Positions 44,304-57,627 of a stretch of DNA of 64,000 nucleotides are shown here, piece by piece; positions within the stretch are counted from its first letter, which is position 1, and the number at the start of each line of letters is the position of its first letter. The notes under the pieces are model-generated. The model made no database searches. It saw only the letters and a list, made by a program, of their open reading frames with translations, and had not been told where the DNA came from. The stretch comes from an uncultured Gammaproteobacteria bacterium (GTDB taxonomy: Bacteria; Pseudomonadota; Gammaproteobacteria; UBA9214). The stretch spans positions 864,001 through 928,000 of the forward strand of contig CAVVHS010000006.1 of the NCBI GenBank assembly GCA_963748215.1. The letters are read 5' to 3'. The translations under genes were made by a program, and so were the position numbers.

Positions 44304-44942
44304 ATGACAGAAGTTACCCGCAGACATTTTCTCCAGGGCGCCGCCGCATTTCTGGCGAGCCAATCCCTTCCACTCTATGCCGGCATGCTGACGGCCACAC
44401 CACGCCAGTCGGCCGGCCCGTTCTATCCACTCACGCCGCCACTGGATGACGACAACGACCTGACTCAAATCAGGGGTGAGGCGCAGCGTGCGCTGGGACA
44501 AATCTCCGATCTCGGCGGCCGGCTCCTCGACCGCAACGGCCAGCCACTCGCCGGCATGCGCATCGAGATCTGGCAGTGCGATGCCAATGGCCGCTACCGG
44601 CACCCCCGCGATCCGGGGCGCAGTGCCATCGACCCCAACTTTCAGGGCTTCGGGCACACCGTGACCGACAGTGAAGGCCGGTACCGGTTCCGGACCATTC
44701 GTCCGCAACCCTATCCCGGACGCACGCCGCACATTCATGTCGCCGTGCTGCCTGCGAACGAAGAGGCCTTCATCACCCAGCTCTATGTCGCTGACGAGCC
44801 GCGCAATGCCGACGATTTCCTCTACCAGCGCGTACCCGAGGCACAGCGTCACCTAGTGACGGCCGCGTTCACGCCATCCGGCACGGTGGATGCCGAGCTG
44901 GCGGCAGACTGGGATATTGTCCTCGGCATCACGCCGGCCTGA
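44304..44942 (+). CDS. Intradiol ring-cleavage dioxygenase family protein with Tat signal
   Basis: TRRHFL, GPFYP, EIWQCDANGRY.H, FRTIRP.PY..RTPHIH. Confidence 0.88.
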   Translation: MTEVTRRHFLQGAAAFLASQSLPLYAGMLTATPRQSAGPFYPLTPPLDDDNDLTQIRGEAQRALGQISDLGGRLLDRNGQPLAGMRIEIWQCDANGRYRHPRDPGRSAIDPNFQGFGHTVTDSEGRYRFRTIRPQPYPGRTPHIHVAVLPANEEAFITQLYVADEPRNADDFLYQRVPEAQRHLVTAAFTPSGTVDAELAADWDIVLGITPA

Positions 44943-45017
44943 CACCGCAGGCCTGCTACCCACTTGCAGTCAGAGAACAACTACGCCTGTTGCCGGAGCA
45001 GCGCCCTGGTCAGGATC

Positions 45018-45062
45018 CTGTTAATCACTAGGTCGGCGGTTCGAGCCCGTCCCGGGGAGCCA
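45018..45062 (+). repeat. att-like duplication of the tRNA-Asn 3' half; shorter copy at 45172-45189
   Basis: ctgttaatcactaggtcggcggttcgagcccgtcccggggagcca is identical to the tRNA 3' half. Confidence 0.93.
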
Positions 45063-45564
45063 TTCAAATTCTTCGGCTTACGCCCCCATCGTCCGGCAGC
45101 TGGGGGCGATCATAAGACCAATAGTCACCGGGTCGGTCATCAGACTGCGGCCGACCCGGATGTCCGATCGCGCCCGTCCCGGGGAGCCAATTTCATCGCT
45201 CGACCGTCAAACCGGCAGCTTCATTGCCCCTTCCCCGACCGCACCCCTGGATGGTGAACGGTTAACTCATAATTGAACATTCGCTTGAACCGCTGCACCG
45301 AGGTCATTGCGTCCGGCATTGCTTTTAGCTTTGGCGATTCGTCGCGCATCGATGTGCCCCAGTGCCATTAACCAGGCATGACCTGCCCGCACTGCAGGAG
45401 GTTACACTCGAAGGACATAATGGCACGGACACCCCATGCTTGCAGGGTAGCTACGCCCGGGACTGGGAACCAGCGCCGCCCTTTCTACAACGATGGATGA
45501 TACGCTATTCATTTGTTACAGGCCCTGATCACATGACTGACGCAACTGAGCGGGATAAGGCAGC

Positions 45565-46467
45565 ATGAAGAACACCATTGACCAGATCGTCACAAGAGCC
45601 AATACGATTATTTTCGGCAAAGAACGCCAGATCCGCCTTGCCCTCGCCTGCCTGCTGGCAAGGGGTCATCTGCTTATCGAGGACCTGCCTGGCATGGGCA
45701 AGACCACGCTCTCACACCTGCTGGCCAGCCTGCTGGGCCTCGCATTCCAACGTATACAGTTTACCAGTGACCTGTTACCGGCCGACATCCTGGGAATCTC
45801 CGTCTACGACAGGCAACGCAACACCTTCTCATTCCACCCTGGACCGATCTTCTCGCAGGTCATCCTCGCCGATGAGGTCAACCGCACCACGCCCAAAACG
45901 CAAAGCGCCCTGCTAGAGGCGATGGAAGAGCATCAGGTGACCATCGAGGGGGAGACCCGTCAACTGGTTGAACCGTTTTTTGTGATTGCCACGCAAAATC
46001 CCGGGCACCACATTGGCACCTTTCCCCTGCCCGAGTCCCAGCTCGACCGTTTTCTGATGCGCATAGAGATGGGTTATCCGGACAGTGATGCTGAACGCAT
46101 GCTGCTGCGTGGAGAGAACCCTCGGGATCTGCTCAAGGAGATCAGGCCGGTCACCTCAGCCGAAGAACTTCAGCGTATGCAGCGGCAGATACCCGGTACC
46201 ACCGTCTCAGACGCACTGCTCGACTACCTTCAGGCGCTGGTCACTTTCTCGCGTGAAGCCCCGCAATTCGAGAACGGACTCTCACCACGCGCCGCGCTCT
46301 CACTATTGCGCGCCTCTCAGGCCTGGGCCCGGATTGAAGGCCGGGATTTTGTCATCCCTGAAGATATTCAGAGCGTACTGCCCGCTGTCGTCAGCCATCG
46401 TCTCAGCGGTGGCGATCCCGCTGTATCCGCCAGTGATCTGCTCCTGTCCTCGGTCACCATTCCCTGA
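45565..46467 (+). CDS. MoxR-family AAA ATPase
   Basis: GHLLIEDLPGMGKT, RIQFTSDLLPAD, ADEVNR, ATQNP. Confidence 0.93.
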   Translation: MKNTIDQIVTRANTIIFGKERQIRLALACLLARGHLLIEDLPGMGKTTLSHLLASLLGLAFQRIQFTSDLLPADILGISVYDRQRNTFSFHPGPIFSQVILADEVNRTTPKTQSALLEAMEEHQVTIEGETRQLVEPFFVIATQNPGHHIGTFPLPESQLDRFLMRIEMGYPDSDAERMLLRGENPRDLLKEIRPVTSAEELQRMQRQIPGTTVSDALLDYLQALVTFSREAPQFENGLSPRAALSLLRASQAWARIEGRDFVIPEDIQSVLPAVVSHRLSGGDPAVSASDLLLSSVTIP

Positions 46468-46470
46468 ACG

Positions 46471-47448
46471 ATGCTGGGCGAACAACTACTCAAATTTCCC
46501 GCCTTTCGACGCCGCCTGATCAATCGTGGCACACAAACCGATGAAGTAGAGATCGACAACAGTCATCTCTACATCCTGCCATCGCGCCATGGCCTGATGT
46601 TTGCCGTGGTCTTGCTGGTGATGCTGATCGGTGCGATCAATTACGACAACAGCATGGGTTTCATCCTCACCTTTCTGCTGGGCAGTCTGGTGACTGTCTC
46701 GATTCTGCATACCTACAGAAATCTGAAGGGGATTACCCTTCGGGCCGGGCGGAACCTACCGGTATTCGCCGGAGAATACGCCAAGTGTCTTATCCACCTG
46801 GACAATCCTGGCAGGACGGCCCGCCACCTGCTCACGCTGCAGTGCGAGGGTGAGTCCCGTGAGGCCAGCAAGATCGATCCACTGCGACATGGCAGTGTTG
46901 AGTTCCTGCTCAAGAGTACCCATCGAGGCTGGCGACAGCCCGGGCGGATCAGGATCGAATCGACATTCCCGCTGGGACTGTTTCGCGCATGGAGCTGGAT
47001 CGAGCTGGACAGCCGCTGCCTGATCTATCCCCGACTGGAACAGAATCCACCCTTCCCTCCGTTTGAGTCGGGTGAAACCGAACACGGGGCACACCAGGGC
47101 GAGGGCATGGAGGACTTCGCCGGGCTACGCCGGTATCGAAGCGGTGACCCAATGGGCCACATCGCATGGAAAGCGGTGGCGCGTGGACAACCCATGCTGA
47201 TCAAGCAGTTTTCCGGAAGCGGTGGTGGAAGCGCCTGGTTCGTCTGGGACGAACTGGTCGGACTCGACCTTGAACAGCGACTTTCGCGTCTCTGCCGCTG
47301 GATCGTCGATGCCGATCGTGAGGGCATGGAGTATGGCCTGAGAATGCCGGAACGGACCTTTGCGCTCAACAGCGGTGAACACCACCGTCACCAGATTCTT
47401 CAACACCTGGCGCTGTACGGACTCGACACAGCAAAGCCGGAGCGCTAG
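46471..47448 (+). CDS. DUF58 family protein
   Basis: FPLGLFRAW, EDFAGLRRYRSGD..HIAWKA. Confidence 0.9.
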   Translation: MLGEQLLKFPAFRRRLINRGTQTDEVEIDNSHLYILPSRHGLMFAVVLLVMLIGAINYDNSMGFILTFLLGSLVTVSILHTYRNLKGITLRAGRNLPVFAGEYAKCLIHLDNPGRTARHLLTLQCEGESREASKIDPLRHGSVEFLLKSTHRGWRQPGRIRIESTFPLGLFRAWSWIELDSRCLIYPRLEQNPPFPPFESGETEHGAHQGEGMEDFAGLRRYRSGDPMGHIAWKAVARGQPMLIKQFSGSGGGSAWFVWDELVGLDLEQRLSRLCRWIVDADREGMEYGLRMPERTFALNSGEHHRHQILQHLALYGLDTAKPER

Positions 47449-47450
47449 CC

Positions 47451-49424
47451 ATGTATACCCTGCGCTCATCCATCCATCCCGAAACGATTGCCTGGCTGAT
47501 CCTCTCGCTTGTCCTGGTCACGGCGCCCCACCTGCTGCGCCTCCCCGTCTGGATACCGATCATCGCACTCATCTTCGGCCTGTGGCGATGGCTTGCAGCA
47601 AAACGGCAATTTCCACTACCGGGCATGTTGATACGCGTGATTCTGATGACTGCCATCCCTGTTGGCATATTTCTCAGCTACGGCCGGCTGTTTGGACGTG
47701 ATGCCGGGACGGCCTGGCTGATCGCCCTCATTGCCCTCAAGCTGATTGAACTGCGCACCCACCGCGACGCCATCATCGTCGTGCTGATCGCCTACTTCCT
47801 TGTCATCACCAACTTTCTGTTTACCCAGACGATACCCACTGCCCTGTATATGGTATTGACCGTTACCATCATCACTTCGACGCTGATCGCGATCAACTAC
47901 ACCACACGCGAGCCGCCCCCGCTCCGGGAGCGTTTACGACTCTCGGTGACACTGCTGGCGCAGGCGGTACCGATCATGTTGATTCTGTTCGTGCTGTTTC
48001 CCCGCGTACCCGGACCGCTGTGGAGCCTTCCCGAGGATGCCCACGGCGGCATCAGCGGACTTGATGACGAGATGAGTCCCGGCTCGATCAGTGAGCTGAT
48101 TCAGTCAGCAGGTACCGCGTTTCGTGTCGACTTTATCGATCCCCCGCCAACCGAGGCACAGCGCTACTGGCGCGGGCCCGTGCTGTGGCACTTCGATGGG
48201 CGGCGCTGGCGCAGCGGCTACGGCAATTTCCCCTTGCCACCCGAAGACTTCACCCCGCTCGGTGAACCGTTGCGTTACCGGGTAACGCTGGAGCCCCATA
48301 ACCGGCGCTGGCTGTATGCACTGGAGCTGCCCGATACGCTGCCACCGGGCGGTACGCTCACGAGTGACTACCGTTTGATGGCCTTGGAACCGGTACGTGA
48401 GCGGATTCGCTACGATCTCACCTCCTATCCCGACTTCTTGGTGGGCAAATTTCTATCCAGGCATGCAAGGAAGGCTGCGCTGCAGCTGCCTGAAACGGGT
48501 ATTGATGAGAGCACTGCACTGGCGAGGCGCTGGCGCGATGAATCGCAGAGTGATCGCGAAATTGTCCAGCGCGCACTGCGATTCTTCAATGAGCAACCCT
48601 TCGTCTATACCCTGCGTCCCCCGCTGCTCGGCATTCGGCCGGTGGATGAGTTCCTGTTCGAGACCCGGCGCGGCTTTTGCGAGCACTATGCGGGCGCCTT
48701 CACGATCCTGATGCGTGCCGCAGGCATTCCTGCCCGGGTCGTCACCGGTTATCTTGGCGGGGAACAGAACCCGATCGATGACTACTATACCGTGCGTCAG
48801 TCTGACGCCCACGCCTGGACAGAGGTCTGGTATGCCGATCAGGGCTGGGTCCGTATCGATCCGACGACCGCGGTGGCACCGCAACGTGTTGAACAGGGCA
48901 TCGGGGGCTCGGTTTCCGACACCGATGCCCTGCCCATCTTTGTCCGCACCAGGAGTAATCTTCTGAAACAGTTCCGCTACACGTTCGAGGCCGTCAACAA
49001 TGGCTGGAATCAGTGGGTCATCGGCTACGGCGAACGGACACAGCGCGAGCTGCTTGCAAAACTGGGTATCGGCCTCGACAGCTGGAAAGGGATGGCGGTC
49101 GGCCTGCTCGTCTCTATCGGTGTGGTTTTTTCCATGGTTGCAACAGCCATGCTTTGGCGACACTCTGGCAGGAATAAAACCACAACAGAGGTTCGCCTCT
49201 ACCAGCAGTTCTGCCGAAAACTGGAAAGCATCGGCATCCACCGCACGGCTAGCGAGGGGCACTCTGATTTTGCCGTTCGTGCATGCTCACTGCGCCCGGA
49301 GGCCACTGCGGCGATACGTGAAATAACAGATCTTTTCCTCTCGATTCGTTATGGCAACCACCGCACAAACCAGAAGCTTGCTGATTTCAGTCAGGCAGTA
49401 AAGGATTTTTCCCTGAAGAGATAA
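47451..49424 (+). CDS. DUF3488/transglutaminase (TgpA-like) membrane protein
   Basis: Multiple TMs, YWRGPVL, GFCEHYA, DAHAWTEVW, DPT. Confidence 0.9.
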   Translation: MYTLRSSIHPETIAWLILSLVLVTAPHLLRLPVWIPIIALIFGLWRWLAAKRQFPLPGMLIRVILMTAIPVGIFLSYGRLFGRDAGTAWLIALIALKLIELRTHRDAIIVVLIAYFLVITNFLFTQTIPTALYMVLTVTIITSTLIAINYTTREPPPLRERLRLSVTLLAQAVPIMLILFVLFPRVPGPLWSLPEDAHGGISGLDDEMSPGSISELIQSAGTAFRVDFIDPPPTEAQRYWRGPVLWHFDGRRWRSGYGNFPLPPEDFTPLGEPLRYRVTLEPHNRRWLYALELPDTLPPGGTLTSDYRLMALEPVRERIRYDLTSYPDFLVGKFLSRHARKAALQLPETGIDESTALARRWRDESQSDREIVQRALRFFNEQPFVYTLRPPLLGIRPVDEFLFETRRGFCEHYAGAFTILMRAAGIPARVVTGYLGGEQNPIDDYYTVRQSDAHAWTEVWYADQGWVRIDPTTAVAPQRVEQGIGGSVSDTDALPIFVRTRSNLLKQFRYTFEAVNNGWNQWVIGYGERTQRELLAKLGIGLDSWKGMAVGLLVSIGVVFSMVATAMLWRHSGRNKTTTEVRLYQQFCRKLESIGIHRTASEGHSDFAVRACSLRPEATAAIREITDLFLSIRYGNHRTNQKLADFSQAVKDFSLKR

Positions 49425-49853
49425 TGTCCGCCCGTGATGTCCTGTCATGAGTTATGGCCTGTATGCCATTCAACCAAATTTTCTGACACTCTGTAAGACA
49501 GCCCTGACCTCCGGGGGCGGTGCTATGCAGAGAGTTCGATATGCGTCAACGATGGGGAGCCAGTTAAAACAGATAGTTAGGAAACTCCCCCGCTCTACCA
49601 ACTCAACGCAAACCCCTTCATTGTCACATCTGTTGTCACTTTCAGATCAGGCAGTTTGGCCCATATATAAAGTGGTTCCGTCGCGAAACTGGTTCTCCCT
49701 CCCCATAAAGACAAAGGCCGCCCCATGGACGGCCTCTGCACCCCATCACCTGATTTTTACCATGGCTTAACACGCCTTCTATCGCGCTGCGGCTGGTTTG
49801 CTTGTATGTTTTGGCCAACATCATATAAAAATTATATATCAGGGGAGGCAGAC

Positions 49854-50051
49854 ATGATCCCGCTATTCTACTTATTCGGCATCTGTTGGCTGATTGCGGC
49901 CACGTTTAACCCGATGGCATTCATTCCAGCAACCATGTGCTTCATTGCGGCAGGCGTCTCACATTGGGAATACATGCGAACACCCCGCCACAACGACAAG
50001 GCAGCACCCTCTTCCAATAATTCCCGGCTCTCGCCCCGGCCGGATCGCTGA
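49854..50051 (+). CDS. Small hydrophobic hypothetical protein
   Basis: GGAGG RBS then MIPLFYLFGICWLIAATF..; no family recognised. Confidence 0.4.
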   Translation: MIPLFYLFGICWLIAATFNPMAFIPATMCFIAAGVSHWEYMRTPRHNDKAAPSSNNSRLSPRPDR

Positions 50052-50287
50052 CAGCCCCGGCCTATGGCCTCGGTCGCTCGGGTGCCTGATCAATCTACCC
50101 GCCAGCCTGATCCAGGCCTGTAAGACATTGCCGACTGTGGCCGTCAGCTAGTACAGATGTATTAGTTGGGCCATCACGTTGATCTATATCAGTCGCCACC
50201 TGCCATTCCTGCTGATAGTCCTGATATGACCAGTCAGCAGCAAGATAAATGAGGCTGGAATAATTGGAATTTACGGAGAGATCATCA

Positions 50288-50425
50288 TGAAGAAGTCTCG
50301 TCTGTTGAGTGCGGCGTGCACGGGTGTTTGTATATTCCTTTCAACGACAACGTCAGCAGTGTTGTTGATAACGGCGGCGGATTGATTTATGTCACCATGC
50401 TGGATATCACGTGGGCGCAGACCGA
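50288..50425 (+). pseudogene. Remnant N-terminus of a secreted (CTERM-type) protein
   Basis: MKKSRLLSAAC.. signal then shifted DNGGGLIY..LDITWAQ. Confidence 0.4.
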
Positions 50426-50606
50426 TGCGCAAAGAACCTGGATGTGTCTACTGTTCTGGGGGAAGTCCGATGCTGCAGTATTCCCTTGCTTGTTCAAGGA
50501 TGGCGCGTTCCTTGCCTGTATTGCGATAAGGAATGGTGTCATTCCTATAGCCTTCGTTCATTCTCATTTGACAACACCCCTCGACAGGTTGAACGGCCAA
50601 CGGGGT

Positions 50607-50638
50607 AAAAAAACGGCGGCGTATTTAACGCCGCCGTT
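50607..50638 (-). terminator. Terminator-like hairpin after katG
   Basis: aaaaaaacggcggcg-tattta-acgccgccgtt. Confidence 0.55.
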
Positions 50639-50742
50639 GGTGTTTTCATGAGTTACGAAAAGCCTTGACTGCTTTTTTCAGGACCAGACCCGGCGCTCTG
50701 TGAGCTGTATTTCAGGGCTTTCGAGCACCTTTTCCGCCCGTA

Positions 50743-52969
<2,227 letters not shown>

Positions 52970-53884
52970 CGTAAACGCCTCCTTTGGGGAAATAAATAAC
53001 GCGGCTGTACGCCACTCTCGCTACACTGGGTAATCTTCAGGTCCAGATTCGCACCGGCAGTGAACAGGTATACCTGAAACGTGGTGACACTATACAAGTT
53101 GGCGCATCGATTGGGCTAATTGGTTTTTTCGAACGGAATCATTGAAAACGTCTATCGATCAGCCGCGAAGCTGTCCCGCAGGGATCGCCCACGCCCGTTA
53201 CTGCGGTCTCCGCCTTACGCCTGGTTACTCGCGCAGGCCAGCCGCCTGGATCGACCGAAAGCAGCGCAAATCCGGACAAGTGCGAGGCACTTTGCCGACA
53301 TTTATTTCTTTTATTTCATCATGTTACAAGTATCAAGCCCGGCTTCTGTCAAACGGCGGGCCGCTGGGTCGAAGCCGGCAGGCGGGCTACAGGCGGGCAC
53401 TCCGTGGCGATTGCCCGGATGGTCCCGAAAACTGCCAGAACCTCTGGCGACGGAGCGATACAAACAGTTCTATCTATGTCCACGAAGGGGGAGTCATGAA
53501 TTTCCAGAACCGAGGATTCACCCGCCCTGGTTGTTCAGCAGGACGCGCTGTCGCGCCGGGTTGTCAGTCATCTCCATTCGGCGGGGACGGCCACCCGGGC
53601 AACGCAGGCGACATCGTCATGCACGGCTTCCGTTTTTTCGAATAATGCCTGCAAACCGCTACGCGCAGAATCTGCCCGGCACTAACAAACGGTTTTCAAT
53701 CCGGCTGCAGCAGGCCTCAGGGAACAACAACGACCTCGACCGCATCGCGCGTGAGCGCTGCGCCGTCGGATGCGCGCAGCTCGAGCATGCGATGGCCCGG
53801 CAGGGAAAAGTGCGCATTCAGCCCTAAAAGCTATCTGATTCAGTCGTTGCGCTACAGTCGCGCGACGCAATTACGACAGGCCGC

Positions 53885-54793
53885 TTACTGCATCGCGCCC
53901 AGGATTTTCTTCGCGCGCTGGCCGAATTCGCTTACCAGGTATTCGAGGAACGGTTCACGCAGGTCCGGGTGCAGCAGCGCATATTCGACGGTCGCCTTCA
54001 GATAGCCCAGCTTGCTGCCGCAATCGTAACGCTTGCCCTCGAACTTGTAGGCCAGCACCACCTCGCTTTCGAGCAGACGCTGGATAGCGTCGGTCAGCTG
54101 GATTTCGCCGCCGGCACCGCGTGGAATGGTCTCGAGATATCTGAAGATGGCCGGGGTCAGCACGTAGCGGCCGACCACGGCAAGGTTGGAACGGGCGTCC
54201 GCCGGCTTGGGTTTCTCGACAATACTCTTGATCTTGGTGACGCGGCCATCCGATTCCATCGGGTCGACGATGCCATACTTGTCGGTCTCGTCGCGCGGCA
54301 CTTCCTCTACGCCGAGTATGCTGCAGTTGCGATCGTTGAACACCGACAGCATCTGGCCCAGTACGCAATTCTTGCCGGTATGGATCAGGTCATCGGCAAG
54401 AATCACGGCAAACGGCTCGTTACCGACCACGGATTTCGCGCACAGCACGGCATGGCCCAGGCCCAGCGCCTCGGGCTGGCGCACATAGACGCAGGTCACG
54501 TGCGGCGGCACCACCTCCCGCACGATCTTCAGCAGGTTGTGCTTGCCCTTGCGTTCCAGCTCCGCTTCCAGTTCGTAGTTCTTGTCGAAGTGATCCTCGA
54601 TGGCGCGCTTGCTGCTGCTGGTGACGAATACCAGTTCCTCGATGCCCGCGTTGACCGCTTCCTCGGCGGCGTACTGGATCAGCGGCTTGTCGACGATGGT
54701 CAGCATTTCCTTGGGATTGGCCTTGGTGGCCGGCAGGAAGCGTGTGCCGAGACCGGCTACCGGGAATACTGCCTTGCGTACTTTCTGTTCCAT
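53885..54793 (-). CDS. galU: UTP--glucose-1-phosphate uridylyltransferase
   Basis: [43 protein letters not shown]. Confidence 0.96.
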   Translation of the reverse strand: MEQKVRKAVFPVAGLGTRFLPATKANPKEMLTIVDKPLIQYAAEEAVNAGIEELVFVTSSSKRAIEDHFDKNYELEAELERKGKHNLLKIVREVVPPHVTCVYVRQPEALGLGHAVLCAKSVVGNEPFAVILADDLIHTGKNCVLGQMLSVFNDRNCSILGVEEVPRDETDKYGIVDPMESDGRVTKIKSIVEKPKPADARSNLAVVGRYVLTPAIFRYLETIPRGAGGEIQLTDAIQRLLESEVVLAYKFEGKRYDCGSKLGYLKATVEYALLHPDLREPFLEYLVSEFGQRAKKILGAMQ

Positions 54794-54806
54794 ATTCAGT
54801 CCTTCT

Positions 54807-56231
54807 TTATCCTTGCTGTACCCTGTCATAAACGTCTTCAAACCGCACGATATCGTCCTCGCCCAGGTAACTGCCGGACTGGATCTCGATCACCTCGAGC
54901 GGGATGGTGCCGGGGTTCTCCAGGCGATGACGTTCACCCATTGGTATATAGGTGGACTCGTTTTCGTGCAGGTTGAACACCTGTTCGCCGCAGGTCACCC
55001 GCGCGGTCCCCTTCACCACCACCCAGTGTTCAGCGCGGTGATGGTGCATTTGCAGTGACAGCCGCGCACCCGGCTTGACCGTAAGCCGCTTGACCTGGAA
55101 ACGCGAACCGGCATCGATGCCTTCGTAGGAACCCCACGGCCGGTAGACCTGGCGATGCACCTTGAATTCCTCACGCTTGTCCTGCTTCAGGCGGTTGACG
55201 ATTGCCTTGACGTTCTGGGCCTTGTCCCTGCTTGCCACCAGTACGGCATCAGCCGTCTCCACGACGATGATATTGTCGAGGCCGACAGTCGCCACGCAGC
55301 GGTGCTGTGCAATCAGGAACGCGTTGTGCGTGTCTTCCGCGATTACGTCGCCCTGCATGACATTGCCGTGCGCATCGCGCGGGCAGACGTCCCAGAGTGC
55401 CGGCCATGCGCCCACATCCGACCAGCCCGCGTTGAGCGGCACGACCACCGCGCGGTCGGTTTTCTCCATCACGGCATAGTCGATTGAATCACTCGGACAG
55501 GCGACGAACTCTGCCTTGCCCACCCGGAAGAAGTCGCTATCCTGCCTGCCACCATCCATGGCCCGGCGGCAACGTTCCAGGATATCGGGCCGGTGGTGAG
55601 CGATCTCTTCCAGCCAGCGATCGGCGCGCATCATGAATATGCCGCTGTTCCAGTAATAGTCACCTGCCGCGAGATACTGCGCCGCCGTATCGAGGTCCGG
55701 TTTTTCCACGAAGGCACCGACGGCAAACACGCCGTCGTCTGCCGCCGGACTGCCGCGTTTGATATAGCCGTAACCCGTCTCCGGCCGGCCCGGCACGATG
55801 CCGAACGTGACCAGCGCGCCGCTGGCGGCCTGATTGCGCCCCTGCTGCACTGCGGCCATGAAACCGGCCGGCTCCTGCATGACGTGGTCCGCCGGCATCA
55901 CGATCATCAGCGCCTCCGGGTCATGACCGACGAGGTACAGGGCGGCCAGCGTCAGCGCCGGCGCCGTGTTGCGGCCCTCCGGTTCGAGGATGATGGTGGA
56001 CGGGGTCTTGCCGATCTCTGTGACCTGCTCGGCCAGCAGGAAGCGATGCTCCTCGTTGCACACGTAGACCGCGTTACCCTGGTCCGGCACGCCATCAAGC
56101 CGGATGGCGGTGTCCTGCAGCAGGGTCTTGTCCGTCACCAGCGGCAGCAGCGGTTTCGGATAATGTTCGCGCGACAATGGCCAGAGACGGGAACCTGATC
56201 CACCCGACAGGATTACCGGATACAGTGTCAT
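54807..56231 (-). CDS. manC: Mannose-1-phosphate guanylyltransferase / mannose-6-phosphate isomerase
   Basis: [50 protein letters not shown]. Confidence 0.93.
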   Translation of the reverse strand: MTLYPVILSGGSGSRLWPLSREHYPKPLLPLVTDKTLLQDTAIRLDGVPDQGNAVYVCNEEHRFLLAEQVTEIGKTPSTIILEPEGRNTAPALTLAALYLVGHDPEALMIVMPADHVMQEPAGFMAAVQQGRNQAASGALVTFGIVPGRPETGYGYIKRGSPAADDGVFAVGAFVEKPDLDTAAQYLAAGDYYWNSGIFMMRADRWLEEIAHHRPDILERCRRAMDGGRQDSDFFRVGKAEFVACPSDSIDYAVMEKTDRAVVVPLNAGWSDVGAWPALWDVCPRDAHGNVMQGDVIAEDTHNAFLIAQHRCVATVGLDNIIVVETADAVLVASRDKAQNVKAIVNRLKQDKREEFKVHRQVYRPWGSYEGIDAGSRFQVKRLTVKPGARLSLQMHHHRAEHWVVVKGTARVTCGEQVFNLHENESTYIPMGERHRLENPGTIPLEVIEIQSGSYLGEDDIVRFEDVYDRVQQG

Positions 56232-56513
56232 AGACTTTCCTTTTGTTTGACCGGGACGGCGGTGCGTCCCGTTATGACTGAATAGTAAACAATAGTCGAC
56301 AATTAAACCTGAAAATTGACGGCACTGTCATGTCTATCGCCGGCGCGGAATGCCGCCGCCCATGACGGATCGTGGACCAGGCCGGGTCACGCCCGGCCAT
56401 GCTCCGGGAGACGGCTGTTTTATATAGTATTTTATATTTCCTGCCGACCAGGGTGCCGGCAAGAACGCCATCCCCGACCGACCGGCCGGGGATGGCATCA
56501 GGACGACGGCCGG

Positions 56514-56786
56514 TTATCGCGAATCCGGAGCGACCATGAGATTGTGACGGTTCTTCTCGATGGTGGCGGACCCGATGCCCTTCACCCGGGCAAGCTCCTC
56601 GACACTCGCAAACGGGCCATTCGCATCGCGGTACGCGATGATCGAGGCGGCCTTCTTGTCGCCGATACCGACGATTGCCGCAGCCAGGCCGGCCGCATCG
56701 GCACTGTTGATATCCACCGGCCCGGCGTGTACCTGCGCCGCCGCCAGCATCAGCAATGAAACAAACAACGTGGTTATGTAACGCAT
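56514..56786 (-). CDS. comEA: ComEA helix-hairpin-helix DNA-binding protein
   Basis: VDINSADA..GIGDKKAASIIAYRDANGPF..VKGIG. Confidence 0.9.
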   Translation of the reverse strand: MRYITTLFVSLLMLAAAQVHAGPVDINSADAAGLAAAIVGIGDKKAASIIAYRDANGPFASVEELARVKGIGSATIEKNRHNLMVAPDSR

Positions 56787-56886
56787 AACTGCCTCCTGTC
56801 GTGTGTGATGCTACCCTGTTTCCAGTTCTGCATGCCGCCACCGCTCGCGGTGCGGCATGCAGGTCACAGGGTGCACGGCAGGCAGC

Positions 56887-57603
56887 TCAGCCCAAATCGG
56901 ACAGCTCTGAATTGATGGTACGCAATACGCCGAGCGGATCGTCAGCCTGGGTGACCGGACGTCCGATCACCAGGAAGCTGGAACCGTTGTTGATGGCATC
57001 GACCGGCGTCATCACGCGACGCTGATCGTCGCTGGCAGCGCCAGCCGGCCGGATGCCAGGCGTCACCAGCAGGAAGTCACTGCCAAACCGTGCGCGCAAG
57101 CCGGCGGTTTCACGCGAGGAACATACCACCCCGTCGAGCTCGCAGGCCCGGGCCAGCGTGGCCAGGCGCATCACATTTTCCGCCGGCGTTCCCGCCAGAC
57201 CGACACCGGCGAGATCGTGCTCGTCCATGCTGGTCAGGATAGTGACGGCAATCAGCAGCGGCTGGTGCCCGGCACGTGCGAGCCCTTCGCGCGCGGCCCG
57301 CAGCATGCGTTCACCGCCCAGCGCATGCACGTTGATCATCCACACGCCCAGTTCGGCTGCAGCATGACAGGCGCTGGCCACGGTATTCGGGATATCATGG
57401 AATTTCAGGTCGAGAAAGATCTCGAAACCGCGCGCCACCAGGCCCTCGACGAAGCGCGGGCCGGCACGGGTAAACAGTTCCTTGCCAACCTTGAGACGGC
57501 AATGGCCGGGTTCGACGCGGTCGACGAACGCCAGTGCCTGTTCCGCATCGGGATAATCCAGCGCCACGATGACTCTTGAACCGGTGCTTTGTTGTCCGCT
57601 CAT
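56887..57603 (-). CDS. pyrF: Orotidine-5'-phosphate decarboxylase
   Basis: [36 protein letters not shown]. Confidence 0.96.
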   Translation of the reverse strand: MSGQQSTGSRVIVALDYPDAEQALAFVDRVEPGHCRLKVGKELFTRAGPRFVEGLVARGFEIFLDLKFHDIPNTVASACHAAAELGVWMINVHALGGERMLRAAREGLARAGHQPLLIAVTILTSMDEHDLAGVGLAGTPAENVMRLATLARACELDGVVCSSRETAGLRARFGSDFLLVTPGIRPAGAASDDQRRVMTPVDAINNGSSFLVIGRPVTQADDPLGVLRTINSELSDLG

Positions 57604-57627
57604 GGTTCGTCCCCTCGTCCGCGCGGG

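Larger units (their letters stand above)
39372..45062. mobile_element. Genomic islet at tRNA-Asn, no integrase
   Basis: Bounded by the tRNA and a perfect 45-bp copy of its 3' half; interior visibly more AT-rich. Confidence 0.85.

Noticed and set aside
45565-49424. MoxR-DUF58-transglutaminase operon as a novel system
   Set aside because: Widespread, previously described gene trio
53120-53827. ORFs between katG and galU, including an MNFQNRGFT pilin-like start at 53496
   Set aside because: No hydrophobic pilin helix and no recognisable family
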